A stretch of 64,000 nt of DNA from Candidatus Nomurabacteria bacterium GW2011_GWC2_42_20 (GCA_000998425.1 LCDG01000003.1:1619-65618), one strand, 5' to 3'; counted from the first letter of the stretch, positions 41,498-50,718 are shown. The notes: generated from the sequence alone by a model not told the origin. Numbers and translations are program-made.

Positions 41498-42754
41498 CTA
41501 CAAAAACAGCAAATCGCGGTCTAACTCGTCTGCATCAGTGCCACTGGTCTTATGTTTCAACGCCTTCTGTGTTGAACCGAGGTGAACGATCCGTTTTCCA
41601 AGTTTGTACTCCAAAAGATCAATCTGTTTGTGTATTAGATCAAACTTGTCACTCTTTGTTGTGCCTCCAAACAGATCTGCCTGAGGCGTAAAATCGGCTG
41701 TTAGATCATCTAGTATTACTCCGGCTGTTCTATAAAGAATATCTTTTGAGTAGACCTTCTTAAATAGATTGCGAGTAATTGAAAGAGTAACTTCTGGAGC
41801 GTTTGAAGGCAATGATAGCGCGGAACTCGCAGACACTATTTTGAAATCTTTTGTTTTAAGAAAAATAGAAATTTTTTTTGGAACCAATTCATAATACCGC
41901 GCCTTTCTGCACGCGTCTTCTATATGCTTTGATATCTGAGACCACAAAAAAACTTTATCATTTGTAGCAGGATGAAATGTTCTCGTTTTTTGAATTGACG
42001 AATAGGTATTTTTTACATCAGTGTCTACATCCATTATTAAAATGCCATTGAGTTCATTCCAAATTGCTTCATACGGTTTTGAAAGACATTGCTTTACCCA
42101 TACTAAATCTTTTTCGCAAAAATCAACCGCTGTTTCTACACCTCTCCTTATCAATACCTCGGCAGTTTTTGGACCAATACCCCAAACTTTTCCAACAGGA
42201 ACTTTTGCAAGAAAGTTTGACGCTGTTTCTTTTTCAATAATCGTTAATCCGTTTGGCTTTACCCAGTTGGATGCGACCTTTGCTAAAACTTTTGTGGGCG
42301 CGAGTCCTATTGATACCGAAAGCCCCAGCTCGTCATTTATTTCTTTCTTGATTTGCTCCGCAATTTCCTTATATGTCTTTTTGAGCGTTCTGTCTAATCC
42401 AGTAATATCAGCGAAGCATTCATCTATACTGTATTCCTCTACGCAATACGCATACCTACTCACAATATCAAACATCTTGCCTGAATATTCCGCGTACGAT
42501 TTGTAGTCACCCGGAAGAATGATGGTACTCGGAAATTCTTTTTTAACTCTAAATATCGGCATTCCACGCACGACACCAAGAGCCTTCGCCTCGTATGAAA
42601 GAGCAGAGACAATCCCACGTTCCTCGCCTGTAACCACAGGGAGACCTTTTAGTTTAGGATTTTTTGCAACTTCAACCCCCACAAAAAACGCATCACCGTC
42701 TATATGCAAAATAACCTTTGATTTTGAGTTTTTTTGAAAATCATGCGCGTCCAT
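41498..42754 (-). CDS. dinB: Y-family DNA polymerase IV
   Basis: ILHIDGDAFFVGVEV catalytic motif and SIDE motif (YSIDECFADITG). Confidence 0.85.
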   Translation of the reverse strand: MDAHDFQKNSKSKVILHIDGDAFFVGVEVAKNPKLKGLPVVTGEERGIVSALSYEAKALGVVRGMPIFRVKKEFPSTIILPGDYKSYAEYSGKMFDIVSRYAYCVEEYSIDECFADITGLDRTLKKTYKEIAEQIKKEINDELGLSVSIGLAPTKVLAKVASNWVKPNGLTIIEKETASNFLAKVPVGKVWGIGPKTAEVLIRRGVETAVDFCEKDLVWVKQCLSKPYEAIWNELNGILIMDVDTDVKNTYSSIQKTRTFHPATNDKVFLWSQISKHIEDACRKARYYELVPKKISIFLKTKDFKIVSASSALSLPSNAPEVTLSITRNLFKKVYSKDILYRTAGVILDDLTADFTPQADLFGGTTKSDKFDLIHKQIDLLEYKLGKRIVHLGSTQKALKHKTSGTDADELDRDLLFL

Positions 42755-42761
42755 ACGCCTA

Positions 42762-43421
42762 TTATACTCTATCTGAATGTGTCATACGGAATGAGACAAA
42801 GATGACTACAAACAATATTCCAACGAGTGAAAAAAACTTTAACGCTTCTCCATATAGAACTGCTTCGCTAGCGTATGCGGAAATAATTGCAAAAGGAAGC
42901 TCTGAAAGAAAGGTGATTATTATATAAATTCCCGCGGGATAACGGATAATGCCAAATGCGTATCCGAGCTCGGCTGGGAGCGCAATGCGTAAAAGTAAAG
43001 CAGTAGAAAAAGTTGCTCTCTTTTTAACCATACTGCTCCAGTCATCAAGTTTTTCCGTTGATACAAAATATGAAACGGCCTTGTACCCAAGATAGCGCCC
43101 TATAATATACGCAATAATATCACCTATGAACCAACCAAATAATAAATAAATAATTGTTGGAATTGGTCCCCAAATCAGAGTCGCGATAGGGACCAGCGGA
43201 ATGTTTGTCAGCGGACTAACAAGAGCGGCGAGCGCCGATGTTAGAATAAACACAAAAATCGCGAGAAGTTTATTTTGTATAGCTAACTCCTTTAGCAAAT
43301 CGGCAATTACATAAAACGAATTCTGCAGAACGCTTGAATACCAAAACAAAAGGGCGATAATTACCGCAAGTGATAAAAAAACAACAAGGCGCCTGTTCAT
43401 GCCATAAGTATACCTCCACAC
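42762..43421 (-). CDS. DedA/VTT-domain membrane protein (paralog 1)
   Basis: Multi-TM protein with the motif IPLVPIATLIWGPIPTIIYLLFGWFIGDIIAYIIGRYLG, paralogous to the next gene. Confidence 0.6.
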   Translation of the reverse strand: MWRYTYGMNRRLVVFLSLAVIIALLFWYSSVLQNSFYVIADLLKELAIQNKLLAIFVFILTSALAALVSPLTNIPLVPIATLIWGPIPTIIYLLFGWFIGDIIAYIIGRYLGYKAVSYFVSTEKLDDWSSMVKKRATFSTALLLRIALPAELGYAFGIIRYPAGIYIIITFLSELPFAIISAYASEAVLYGEALKFFSLVGILFVVIFVSFRMTHSDRV

Positions 43422-43441
43422 CTACTTTTTATAAAGTAAAT

Positions 43442-44083
43442 TCATTCGCGGGCGCGTAGAGAGCTTCTGAATGCATGTACGTTAAACACGACGACGATTG
43501 CAAAAATGATGAGACCCGTGACGATTTGGTACCTTAACGATAAAACCGCCACATAGCTGAAAACAAACGCAAACGGCGTAACACCGATGGCGGTCGCGAA
43601 TGTATACTGCGCGAATCGCATGTTGCTGATAGCACCGAGCGAGTAGCTTAAAACATCTACAGGAAGGATCATGCGAAGGAACACGACGTTCCAAAAAAGA
43701 TACTTTTGAGGGATTGCGTACGCGGTGCGACGCAATGTTTCCTTTGGGAAAAACGTTGCGATCCATTGTTGCCCGTATCTACGCGCCAATGTAAACGCCA
43801 CGATAGCGCCGAGCGTCCATCCAGCAACAGAAAGGAGCGCGGTCAGCATTGGGCCCCATAGAGTCGTTGCCAGTGGCATTAGTGGCACAGTGCTTAGTGG
43901 CGCAATTATCACAGCGCTTGCCGCCGTTAATACTATGTACACAAACATGCCAAACGGACCCGAAAGAACGTTTTGAAAAAGAGGCGTCTCAATCCAGAGC
44001 CCTGCTACGTATGACATTATCGCAAATGCAACGAGAACACCTGCAATCAACAAAGTACCACGCAATTTCAAATTAAATTTCAT
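43442..44083 (-). CDS. DedA/VTT-domain membrane protein (paralog 2)
   Basis: VPLMPLATTLWGPMLTALLSVAGWTLGAIVAFTLARRYG aligns with the neighbouring paralog. Confidence 0.6.
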   Translation of the reverse strand: MKFNLKLRGTLLIAGVLVAFAIMSYVAGLWIETPLFQNVLSGPFGMFVYIVLTAASAVIIAPLSTVPLMPLATTLWGPMLTALLSVAGWTLGAIVAFTLARRYGQQWIATFFPKETLRRTAYAIPQKYLFWNVVFLRMILPVDVLSYSLGAISNMRFAQYTFATAIGVTPFAFVFSYVAVLSLRYQIVTGLIIFAIVVVFNVHAFRSSLRARE

Positions 44084-44173
44084 AGTATTAGTTTAATCAT
44101 GACGCATCGTATGTGTATGTGAGTGCGCGGGAGTAGCAAGGTGTCTGTTCATATAGTAAGTATGAACAAAAAC

Positions 44174-44476
44174 CTATTTTGATATGATGAACAGAATAGA
44201 GAAAAGTGTAAGCGTGATTATCGCAAAAGTTCCTATTGTTTTCAGAAATAGATTCAATGACTCTGCCTTTTTCCCTTCAATAAGAAGCTGAACTGGTTGG
44301 TAGAAAAATATATATGCCATAACTCCGGCAGAAAGCACAAAAAGCGAGAGCATCGCAATGCCAACCAACACCGGAGCAACAGGCTCAGGTGTTTTTTCTG
44401 TGTAAAACATACCAAGTGCAACTATCGTGATGTACAGTGTAGCGGACAGGGCGTTTATGATTGGGTTTTCGGTCAT
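44174..44476 (-). CDS. small 3-TM membrane protein
   Basis: 100 aa, three hydrophobic helices. Confidence 0.4.
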   Translation of the reverse strand: MTENPIINALSATLYITIVALGMFYTEKTPEPVAPVLVGIAMLSLFVLSAGVMAYIFFYQPVQLLIEGKKAESLNLFLKTIGTFAIITLTLFSILFIISK

Positions 44477-44534
44477 AGGTTAAGTGTACCAAATTTATAG
44501 CAAACAGAATCATCGCATTGCCTGTTTTTGTTCA

Positions 44535-44544
44535 AAGCTGGGAG
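44535..44544. repeat. degenerate direct repeat of tRNA-Gln 3' end (candidate distal att site)
   Basis: aagctgggag is identical to 50686..50695 at the tRNA-Gln 3' end. The flanking ttgggacgaa resembles the T-arm ttggaatcgaa. Confidence 0.35.
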
Positions 44545-44601
44545 TTTGGGACGAAGTGGGAACTTTATTACTGATAAAAAACTTTCATATTGTTAATGCC
44601 A

Positions 44602-45705
44602 CTAGCTCTGATCCGGCCAGAATTCGATAATAAAATCATGTTTACTATACGGATATCCATCATATTCTTTTACAAAACCATTATTTTTTACACTTATTTT
44701 TGCCTTCATCAAACTTAACGCCTTTTTTACAATAAAAAGACCTATACCTGTTCCATCTTGAGCTATTCCTGACTTATCTTCTTTTGGCTTTTTAACATTT
44801 CTCCCTTGTCTATTTTCTAGAAATATTGTTTCTTTCTCGTCGTCCTCTATAGATACGCTAGTCATCGATAAAATTAATTTTTTAGATCTTGAAGATAGGT
44901 CAGCTGTAATTTCGATGTCAGTGTCGTGTAAAGCATACTTGCTGATATTGTCAAAAATTTGCCATATGACAGCGTTAAATAAACTGTGAACCACATTTAT
45001 TTTATTTAGTGAGGCTAAATCAGTATTTATATTAATATTTATTTCTATATTTTTTTTCCTCAGTTCATCAACAAAAGGATTAGTTAACCGATACATCGCC
45101 TTTTGAATATTTACAGGAAGAAATGAACCTGTACTATCAGCATACCCACCTATGATTCGAAGAGTTTCTATTTGTGCGTCTAAATCTATTGCCCTGTGAG
45201 ACATCTGACATACATCATTAGCAGCTATGTCTGTGTTTTCCTCAATTCTTCTTTTGACCTCATCCTTAAATTCTATATATGGACGTCCCCTGGCTTTGTC
45301 TGAGATGAGCCTATCAAAATTATCTTTAAATCTTCTTTGAAATTTAATTAGGTTGTGAGAAAATCTTCTTGTAACTGCGTCAAATGATTGCCTTTGACTT
45401 GTTGCAATTTGATTAAATTTAGGAATAAAACCTAAATAAATATTACATGATCTTTGAATCGACCTATTCCCTTGAAATAATTCGTGATCAGCTTTAACGA
45501 TTAAACGCACAGATCCGAGACTATTACTTCTGTATATATTTCGGTATCCTTTTTCAGTAAAATTATCATTTTGTGAAATACTAAACTTTTCTGGAAGTGT
45601 ATGGAGTTGCCCGTATCGTGCTACAACACTACCTTTTTCGTTTTGTAGTTCAAAAAATATTATTCCGTCATTATTATCGAGACTCATGAATTTTCTTTGC
45701 GGCAA
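44602..45705 (-). CDS. cytoplasmic histidine-kinase-like protein (GHKL ATPase)
   Basis: No TM helix. Candidate H-box FSHNLIKFQ, N-box-like WQIFDNISKYA, and G2 box GTGIGLFIVKKAL. Overlaps the receiver gene by 32 nt. Confidence 0.65.
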   Translation of the reverse strand: MPQRKFMSLDNNDGIIFFELQNEKGSVVARYGQLHTLPEKFSISQNDNFTEKGYRNIYRSNSLGSVRLIVKADHELFQGNRSIQRSCNIYLGFIPKFNQIATSQRQSFDAVTRRFSHNLIKFQRRFKDNFDRLISDKARGRPYIEFKDEVKRRIEENTDIAANDVCQMSHRAIDLDAQIETLRIIGGYADSTGSFLPVNIQKAMYRLTNPFVDELRKKNIEINININTDLASLNKINVVHSLFNAVIWQIFDNISKYALHDTDIEITADLSSRSKKLILSMTSVSIEDDEKETIFLENRQGRNVKKPKEDKSGIAQDGTGIGLFIVKKALSLMKAKISVKNNGFVKEYDGYPYSKHDFIIEFWPDQS

Positions 45706-46180
45706 CTTCTATCTGATCAACAAAAACAAAGGCGTCAGCGTGTTTATCAATCCAGGCATCAGCAATAGAATGAACCTCGCTTCCTGGGATATGCCCTGCG
45801 TATCCTGAACAAAAAATTATAAACTTCTCAGGGTATCTTTTTTTGATACTTTTAAGTAAGCCTATCCCACTCTCTTTTGGAGTTAAGACATTTCCAACTC
45901 CAACATAATCCATAAAGATAATGTCAGCACTTTTTATATCTTCAGCGTCAAAATTTATAACATCATTAATTTGATTAACATTCCAGCCAGCATTTCTAAT
46001 TGTCGACAGAGTAACACCAAAGTCTTCATCGTCTATAAATAAAATTTTGGTTATTTTTTTTATCTCTTCTATCGACAGTACTTTTTTACCTGAATATTTT
46101 GCTTTTATCCACTTTTCAGCCTTATCCATGCCAACAGTTGCCAATATTGTGCAAACTTTAGTTGCTATTGTTTCTATCAT
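45674..46180 (-). CDS. stand-alone receiver (REC) domain protein with 40-aa N-extension
   Basis: CheY-like strand pattern ILFIDDE (acidic pocket), IIFMDY (phospho-Asp), and IIFCSGY. No output domain. Confidence 0.6.
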   Translation of the reverse strand: MIETIATKVCTILATVGMDKAEKWIKAKYSGKKVLSIEEIKKITKILFIDDEDFGVTLSTIRNAGWNVNQINDVINFDAEDIKSADIIFMDYVGVGNVLTPKESGIGLLKSIKKRYPEKFIIFCSGYAGHIPGSEVHSIADAWIDKHADAFVFVDQIEVAAKKIHESR

Positions 46181-46293
46181 ATATTTATTCTTTAGTTTTT
46201 TTGTGGCTTCACTTTTTGAGAAAGTTCTTTCTTGTTGAATTTCCCATATTTGTTAATGATAGTCTACCACAATGTGGGAGGATACGCATTGTT

Positions 46294-46788
46294 TTAAGGA
46301 GTAATTTTAGAATCGATCTGTGTTTTTAAATCCATTTCTTTTGGAATAGAGGTAATATGCAGAATAGGAATACCGCACTGGTTTAGTACTCTATCCACAA
46401 AGCCGTCACGAACCTGCCTCTCTGGTCTTTGGTGTGTGTAATCATCGAGTTCAATGACAAGAACAGGCGAAATATTTTGTTTATCGAAAAGCACAAAGTC
46501 TACTGATTTTTGGTCTATTTTATTTCTGTATCCACCCCTAAGAGAGCCTTTACCTTCAAGCATTACGATTTTATCAAGAGCAAGTTGTGGAAAAATGTAA
46601 TATTTACCATCAACAGCTCGTTCAAGAACACTCAAAAATTCTCGCTCTGCACGAGTAAGTAACCATGTCTTTTTTGAATACGGAAGCCATTCATCTTTTT
46701 CGTTTACCCTCCCACCTTTTCTCGTTAATTCGCCCACAACAAATCCAACAACCGCAACGATGACAGCAAATATAACAAGATTATTCAT
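46294..46788 (-). CDS. membrane-anchored DUF2726/NERD-like nuclease-fold protein
   Basis: N-terminal TM, then FLSVLERAV...FPQLALDKIV...KSVDFVLFDK...PVLVIELDDYTHQRPERQVRDGFVDRVLNQCGIPILH, the DUF2726 pattern. Confidence 0.55.
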   Translation of the reverse strand: MNNLVIFAVIVAVVGFVVGELTRKGGRVNEKDEWLPYSKKTWLLTRAEREFLSVLERAVDGKYYIFPQLALDKIVMLEGKGSLRGGYRNKIDQKSVDFVLFDKQNISPVLVIELDDYTHQRPERQVRDGFVDRVLNQCGIPILHITSIPKEMDLKTQIDSKITP

Positions 46789-47341
46789 GGTTAATATTAT
46801 CTAGAATTATTTTTGCTTCCGCAAGCAAATTTTTAGTTACGCTTAGGTTCCATGCTCGCATCGTGCTATGCCATTTCCGGTATTTAAGAAATTGCTCCCA
46901 TGTTAATTCGATTATTCTTTTAGGTTTATAATTCTTAAATATTTGCACAATAATTACATATTCAAATTTCTTTTCTAGCTGATTAATGTCATTATTATCT
47001 CCGCACCCATAAAATACACCAGTGGTAGTTCCTGGCTCCGAAACTGTTTTAATACTATACCTTTCTCCTTTGCGGCTTAACGCATCAACATTTTGAGTAC
47101 CTTCTGGTGCAGCTTGTAATTTTGACAAGCCAGCTATGAAATTATAAGTTTCTACCGCCAAAAATTCCCCTCTCTCGCCAACCATATTGTTTGTTCTTGC
47201 TAGGTTACGTCTCCTCAACTCTTGTTGGGTTTCACCGTAGTTTAGCCACAACTCCTCATTGTCTAATTGACCTAGATTTATTTTGTTCAAATCTTTATCA
47301 TGAGTAGAATTCTTCTCCTTTTTATTAGTTTCTATTCCCAT
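46781..47341 (-). CDS. hypothetical protein (possible PD-(D/E)xK-like fold)
   Basis: 186 aa; GERGEFLAVETYNF and VDALSRKGERYSIKT are faintly restriction-endonuclease-like. 8-nt overlap with the downstream DUF2726 gene indicates an operon. Confidence 0.4.
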   Translation of the reverse strand: MGIETNKKEKNSTHDKDLNKINLGQLDNEELWLNYGETQQELRRRNLARTNNMVGERGEFLAVETYNFIAGLSKLQAAPEGTQNVDALSRKGERYSIKTVSEPGTTTGVFYGCGDNNDINQLEKKFEYVIIVQIFKNYKPKRIIELTWEQFLKYRKWHSTMRAWNLSVTKNLLAEAKIILDNINHE

Positions 47342-47755
47342 AGCATTACTCTTACATATCCCATTTACTTAGTCCAGCAGAAAAGTGCCATCCTCAATAT
47401 CTTCTTGCTTGCAGAAACCGTATGATACATAATTTAACTATGCCTGCGGGCGAGAGTTTTTTCGACTGTCGATTACCTAAATTGAAGGCAGGCATAACAA
47501 AATAGCTCTCATAACTGAGGGCTTTTTTGCTGTCTAAAAACCGCAAAAATTCCTATATATCTAATGGATTTACATAGCGACCGCTTGCTATCATTAGCAA
47601 GTTAGTGTATTATCAAATTGTAGCTTGACGTCAGAAAATTTCTATCGGCTTGCTGCGGGCATCAATAAAACGATGTACCTATGAGCGAAATGACACATTG
47701 TGTCTGCCGTCGCTCCGAGCTACAAATATAAGCGTCACCTCAACGGGTGGCGCTT

Positions 47756-48208
47756 TTATTTTTTCTTCTTATTTTTCTTAAAATGAACTGAAATTATCTC
47801 AAGCTTCTCGTCTTGTAGTTCAAGGAGAACACGCAGTGACGGTTTCCCGACATGAGAGTAATCTTTTATATAGAAATGTTTTATGGGTGGCTCATATTCG
47901 TAAAAATCAAAATGAGTGATGGTTTCCTGCAGGTTATCTATAGCAAAAAATACAGCCGTCAAAGTCTGCTCTGCTGTGTGATTCTTGCTGAATTCTTTTT
48001 TGCGACTTTCAACAAAATGCTTCAAGGACTTGCGCGAAATATAAACTCTTATATTTTTATGAGGGTGACCTTTATGTTTAGACCCTCGAACGTCAAAGGC
48101 TCGTATTAGCTCAGTATGTTTTTCTATGAAGGATCCATGATCGAGATCGTAATACTCCCTCATTAGCTTTTTTATTTTATTTAATCTTCTTGGAATACTC
48201 GCTATCAT
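47756..48208 (-). CDS. hypothetical protein (lysine-rich C-terminus)
   Basis: 150-aa ORF in the island; no recognisable domain. Confidence 0.4.
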   Translation of the reverse strand: MIASIPRRLNKIKKLMREYYDLDHGSFIEKHTELIRAFDVRGSKHKGHPHKNIRVYISRKSLKHFVESRKKEFSKNHTAEQTLTAVFFAIDNLQETITHFDFYEYEPPIKHFYIKDYSHVGKPSLRVLLELQDEKLEIISVHFKKNKKKK

Positions 48209-48644
48209 AATTGCTCATATTACCATTTTTGACGCCTTGCAGGAATTTTCACGGTTTTGCGTCCATAACAGTGAAAAAGTACTCGAAAATACAACTTTTC
48301 ACGGTTATTACATTGAAGAAAAATTTTTGTTTACCATAATTTCAAAATATGATATATTAGAAGAGCTTGAAGCGTATCGAGTGTAGGCATGTGACGGCAT
48401 CACATGCGAAAAAATTCACTGCATTCTCTACCCCTTACTTCAAGGGGTGTTTCGAGTTTCAAATTCTCACAGGAACTCATCGAGGAAACAATTCAGTGCT
48501 TTAGAGAGGAGAATACTGAAGATATCTCTCCCGAAACCGCAAACGAGTATCTCAACTCGCTTTCGGGTTTTTTCCTTGCGCTTGCTGACAATCCATCCCC
48601 TCATCCAAAAGATGAGAACGGGGATGTTTGATGTACCTATATAA

Positions 48645-48692
48645 ATGCACGCTACTTTCTCGATCCTTAAGGGACGAGAAAGTAGCGTGCAT
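48645..48692. repeat. 48-bp near-perfect palindrome
   Basis: atgcacgctactttctcg (18) + atCCTTAAGGga + cgagaaagtagcgtgcat (18). Arms are perfect and the centre contains the ccttaagg palindrome. Confidence 0.7.
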
Positions 48693-48701
48693 AAGTCAAT
48701 T

Positions 48702-49178
48702 ATGAAAAAGAAGCAACCAAGTTATATAAAACTCTACCGTGCCGACCTTAGTGCCCCGCACATCAAGAACCTCTCTGATCGCGAGTTTAGGCTTTGGGTT
48801 GTCTTAAAAGTTCTTGCTGGTTGGGATCCACGACACGAGGAACACTTCATGGTCGTAAAAAGTTCAATCAGAGACTTGCAAGCGAGCCACCTTCCTACAT
48901 GGAAAAGTTCAGGAAAGTTTAGCTTAACGATTAACCAACTGATTGAGAAAGATATGATTAAGCGCATAGGTGTAGGGAAAATGAAACTTTTGAATCCTGC
49001 TCTACGAGAAGAACAAGATTTTCTTCTCAAGGAACAAAGTGTTCTTCTGGAAGAAAATCTTGTTTCGCAGAAAGAACGGGAACGGGTCAACGAAAAGCTT
49101 CAGGACATCAAAAACCTGCTTGCAAATAACGGTATTTTGAGAAAGCGCGAAAATAATATTCCGCCTAAAGAAATATAA
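48702..49178 (+). CDS. hypothetical DNA-binding (winged-helix-like) protein
   Basis: Start trimmed to the ATG at 48702, downstream of the palindrome. Basic, coiled-coil C-terminus. Sits immediately upstream of the recombinase. Confidence 0.35.
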   Translation: MKKKQPSYIKLYRADLSAPHIKNLSDREFRLWVVLKVLAGWDPRHEEHFMVVKSSIRDLQASHLPTWKSSGKFSLTINQLIEKDMIKRIGVGKMKLLNPALREEQDFLLKEQSVLLEENLVSQKERERVNEKLQDIKNLLANNGILRKRENNIPPKEI

Positions 49179-49239
49179 AGAAAAAAATGAAACTTAAACA
49201 AATATTGCTTCATTTAACCAAGGGGGCTATAGTAATTCC

Positions 49240-50718
49240 ATGAAATACATTATCTACTGTCGAAAATCCACGGAAAGCGAAGACAGACAACTTCTGTCAC
49301 TGGATGCCCAAGAACGGGAGCTTTTGGATATTGCTAATAAGCACAGCCTAGAAATTACAAAAGTTTTTCGCGAGAGCATGTCTGCCAAAGCACCTGGTCG
49401 CCCTATCTTTGACGAGATGATGAAAATCATTGAAAAAGGAAGAGCAGATGCTATCCTCTGTTGGAAAATTGATCGTCTCACGCGTAATCCTGTTGATGGC
49501 GGAAAAATTCAGTGGCTCCTGCAAACGAACAAGATAAAGTGCATTCAGACTTTCGAGAAAAGCTACTTCCCTAATGACAATGTTCTGCTCATGAGTATCG
49601 AGCAAGCAATGGCGAATCAATACATTCGAGACTTGAGCGTGAATGTAAAGCGTGGGCTACGAGAAAAATTGCTTCGTGGAGAATGGCCAAACAAGGCACC
49701 TTTTGGATATACAAACGACAAGGGGTCTAAGTTTGTCATTCCTGATCCTGTTCGTTCAAAATATGTTTCTCGTGCTTTTGAAATCTACCTCACGGGCTCA
49801 CATGGCACAAAAGATATTTCAGAAATTCTTTACAAGGAGGGTTTACGCACGGCTACAGGAAAGAAAATTTTGAAGGGGCGCATTCATAGCATTCTTTCCT
49901 CAATTTTCTACACGGGCATCATGGAAAAAGAAGGAAAATATTATGAAGGCAAACATAAGCCACTCATCTCAAAAGAAACTTTTGAGAAAGCTCAAGATCT
50001 TATGCACGGCCGTTCACGACCCCGCCCACAACGATTATTCTTCCCTCTTCGTGGCTTTCTCAAGTGTGAAAATTGCGGATGCGCCCTCACTGCATCTCTC
50101 AAAAAAGGTCATCACTATTACTACTGCACGGGAAACAGAGACTTTTGCAATGAACACAAAAGCTACATGCGAGAGGTGTACCTATATGAGAAAGTTTCTG
50201 CTGTCCTCGAATCAATTCATTTTTCAGAACGCAAGATCGAGATTATGTATCAGGCGGCCAAGGAGAGACTCGAGTTTGATAATGGGTACAACAACCAGAC
50301 TATATCCACCCTCCAAAACCATTTAAAATCGCTTGAGACGAAAGAATCCCTTTTGCTCGACACTTTCCTCGCTGAACAGATTACAAAGGATTTATACGAC
50401 GCTAAAATCCTCGCTTTGCGTAATGAGCGAGTTCAAGTTACCAAGCAACTCAAAGAAGCCGAATCACGACAACCTGTCGCGCTGTTGGAACCTACCAAAA
50501 ATGCTTTTTTAACCGCTAGTAGAGCCTCAAAAGAGTTTTTAGAAGGCGACGATTTGAAGAAAAGAAATATCCTAGAAAGTCTCTGTTGGAACCTTTCGCT
50601 CAAAGAGAAAAATATCCATACAGTGTCGCTCAAAAGTCCTTTCGACATCATGTCAAAAGCATCGAAAAATGACGGTTTGTGCACTAAGCTGGGAGGCTTG
50701 GAATCGAACCAAGATTGA
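49240..50718 (+). CDS. large serine recombinase
   Basis: Resolvase catalytic domain with Ser in YCRKSTESEDRQ, DRLTRN motif, recombinase domain, and zinc ribbon (CENCGC...YYYCTG). The C-terminus overlaps the tRNA-Gln 3' end. Confidence 0.9.
   Translation: MKYIIYCRKSTESEDRQLLSLDAQERELLDIANKHSLEITKVFRESMSAKAPGRPIFDEMMKIIEKGRADAILCWKIDRLTRNPVDGGKIQWLLQTNKIKCIQTFEKSYFPNDNVLLMSIEQAMANQYIRDLSVNVKRGLREKLLRGEWPNKAPFGYTNDKGSKFVIPDPVRSKYVSRAFEIYLTGSHGTKDISEILYKEGLRTATGKKILKGRIHSILSSIFYTGIMEKEGKYYEGKHKPLISKETFEKAQDLMHGRSRPRPQRLFFPLRGFLKCENCGCALTASLKKGHHYYYCTGNRDFCNEHKSYMREVYLYEKVSAVLESIHFSERKIEIMYQAAKERLEFDNGYNNQTISTLQNHLKSLETKESLLLDTFLAEQITKDLYDAKILALRNERVQVTKQLKEAESRQPVALLEPTKNAFLTASRASKEFLEGDDLKKRNILESLCWNLSLKEKNIHTVSLKSPFDIMSKASKNDGLCTKLGGLESNQD

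Noticed and set aside
45674-46180. Alternative reading of the receiver-like protein as a TIR or STAS domain
   Set aside because: The beta-strand and acidic residue spacing (DDE ... D ... S) fits the CheY-like receiver pattern better. No TIR catalytic Glu context or STAS motifs are present.
48404-48631. 75-aa plus-strand ORF, preceded by an 8-bp inverted repeat gcatgtga/tcacatgc overlapping its ATG
   Set aside because: Plausible small gene of the island, but it has no recognisable domain and overlaps a second 65-aa ORF in another frame; too weak to list as a feature.
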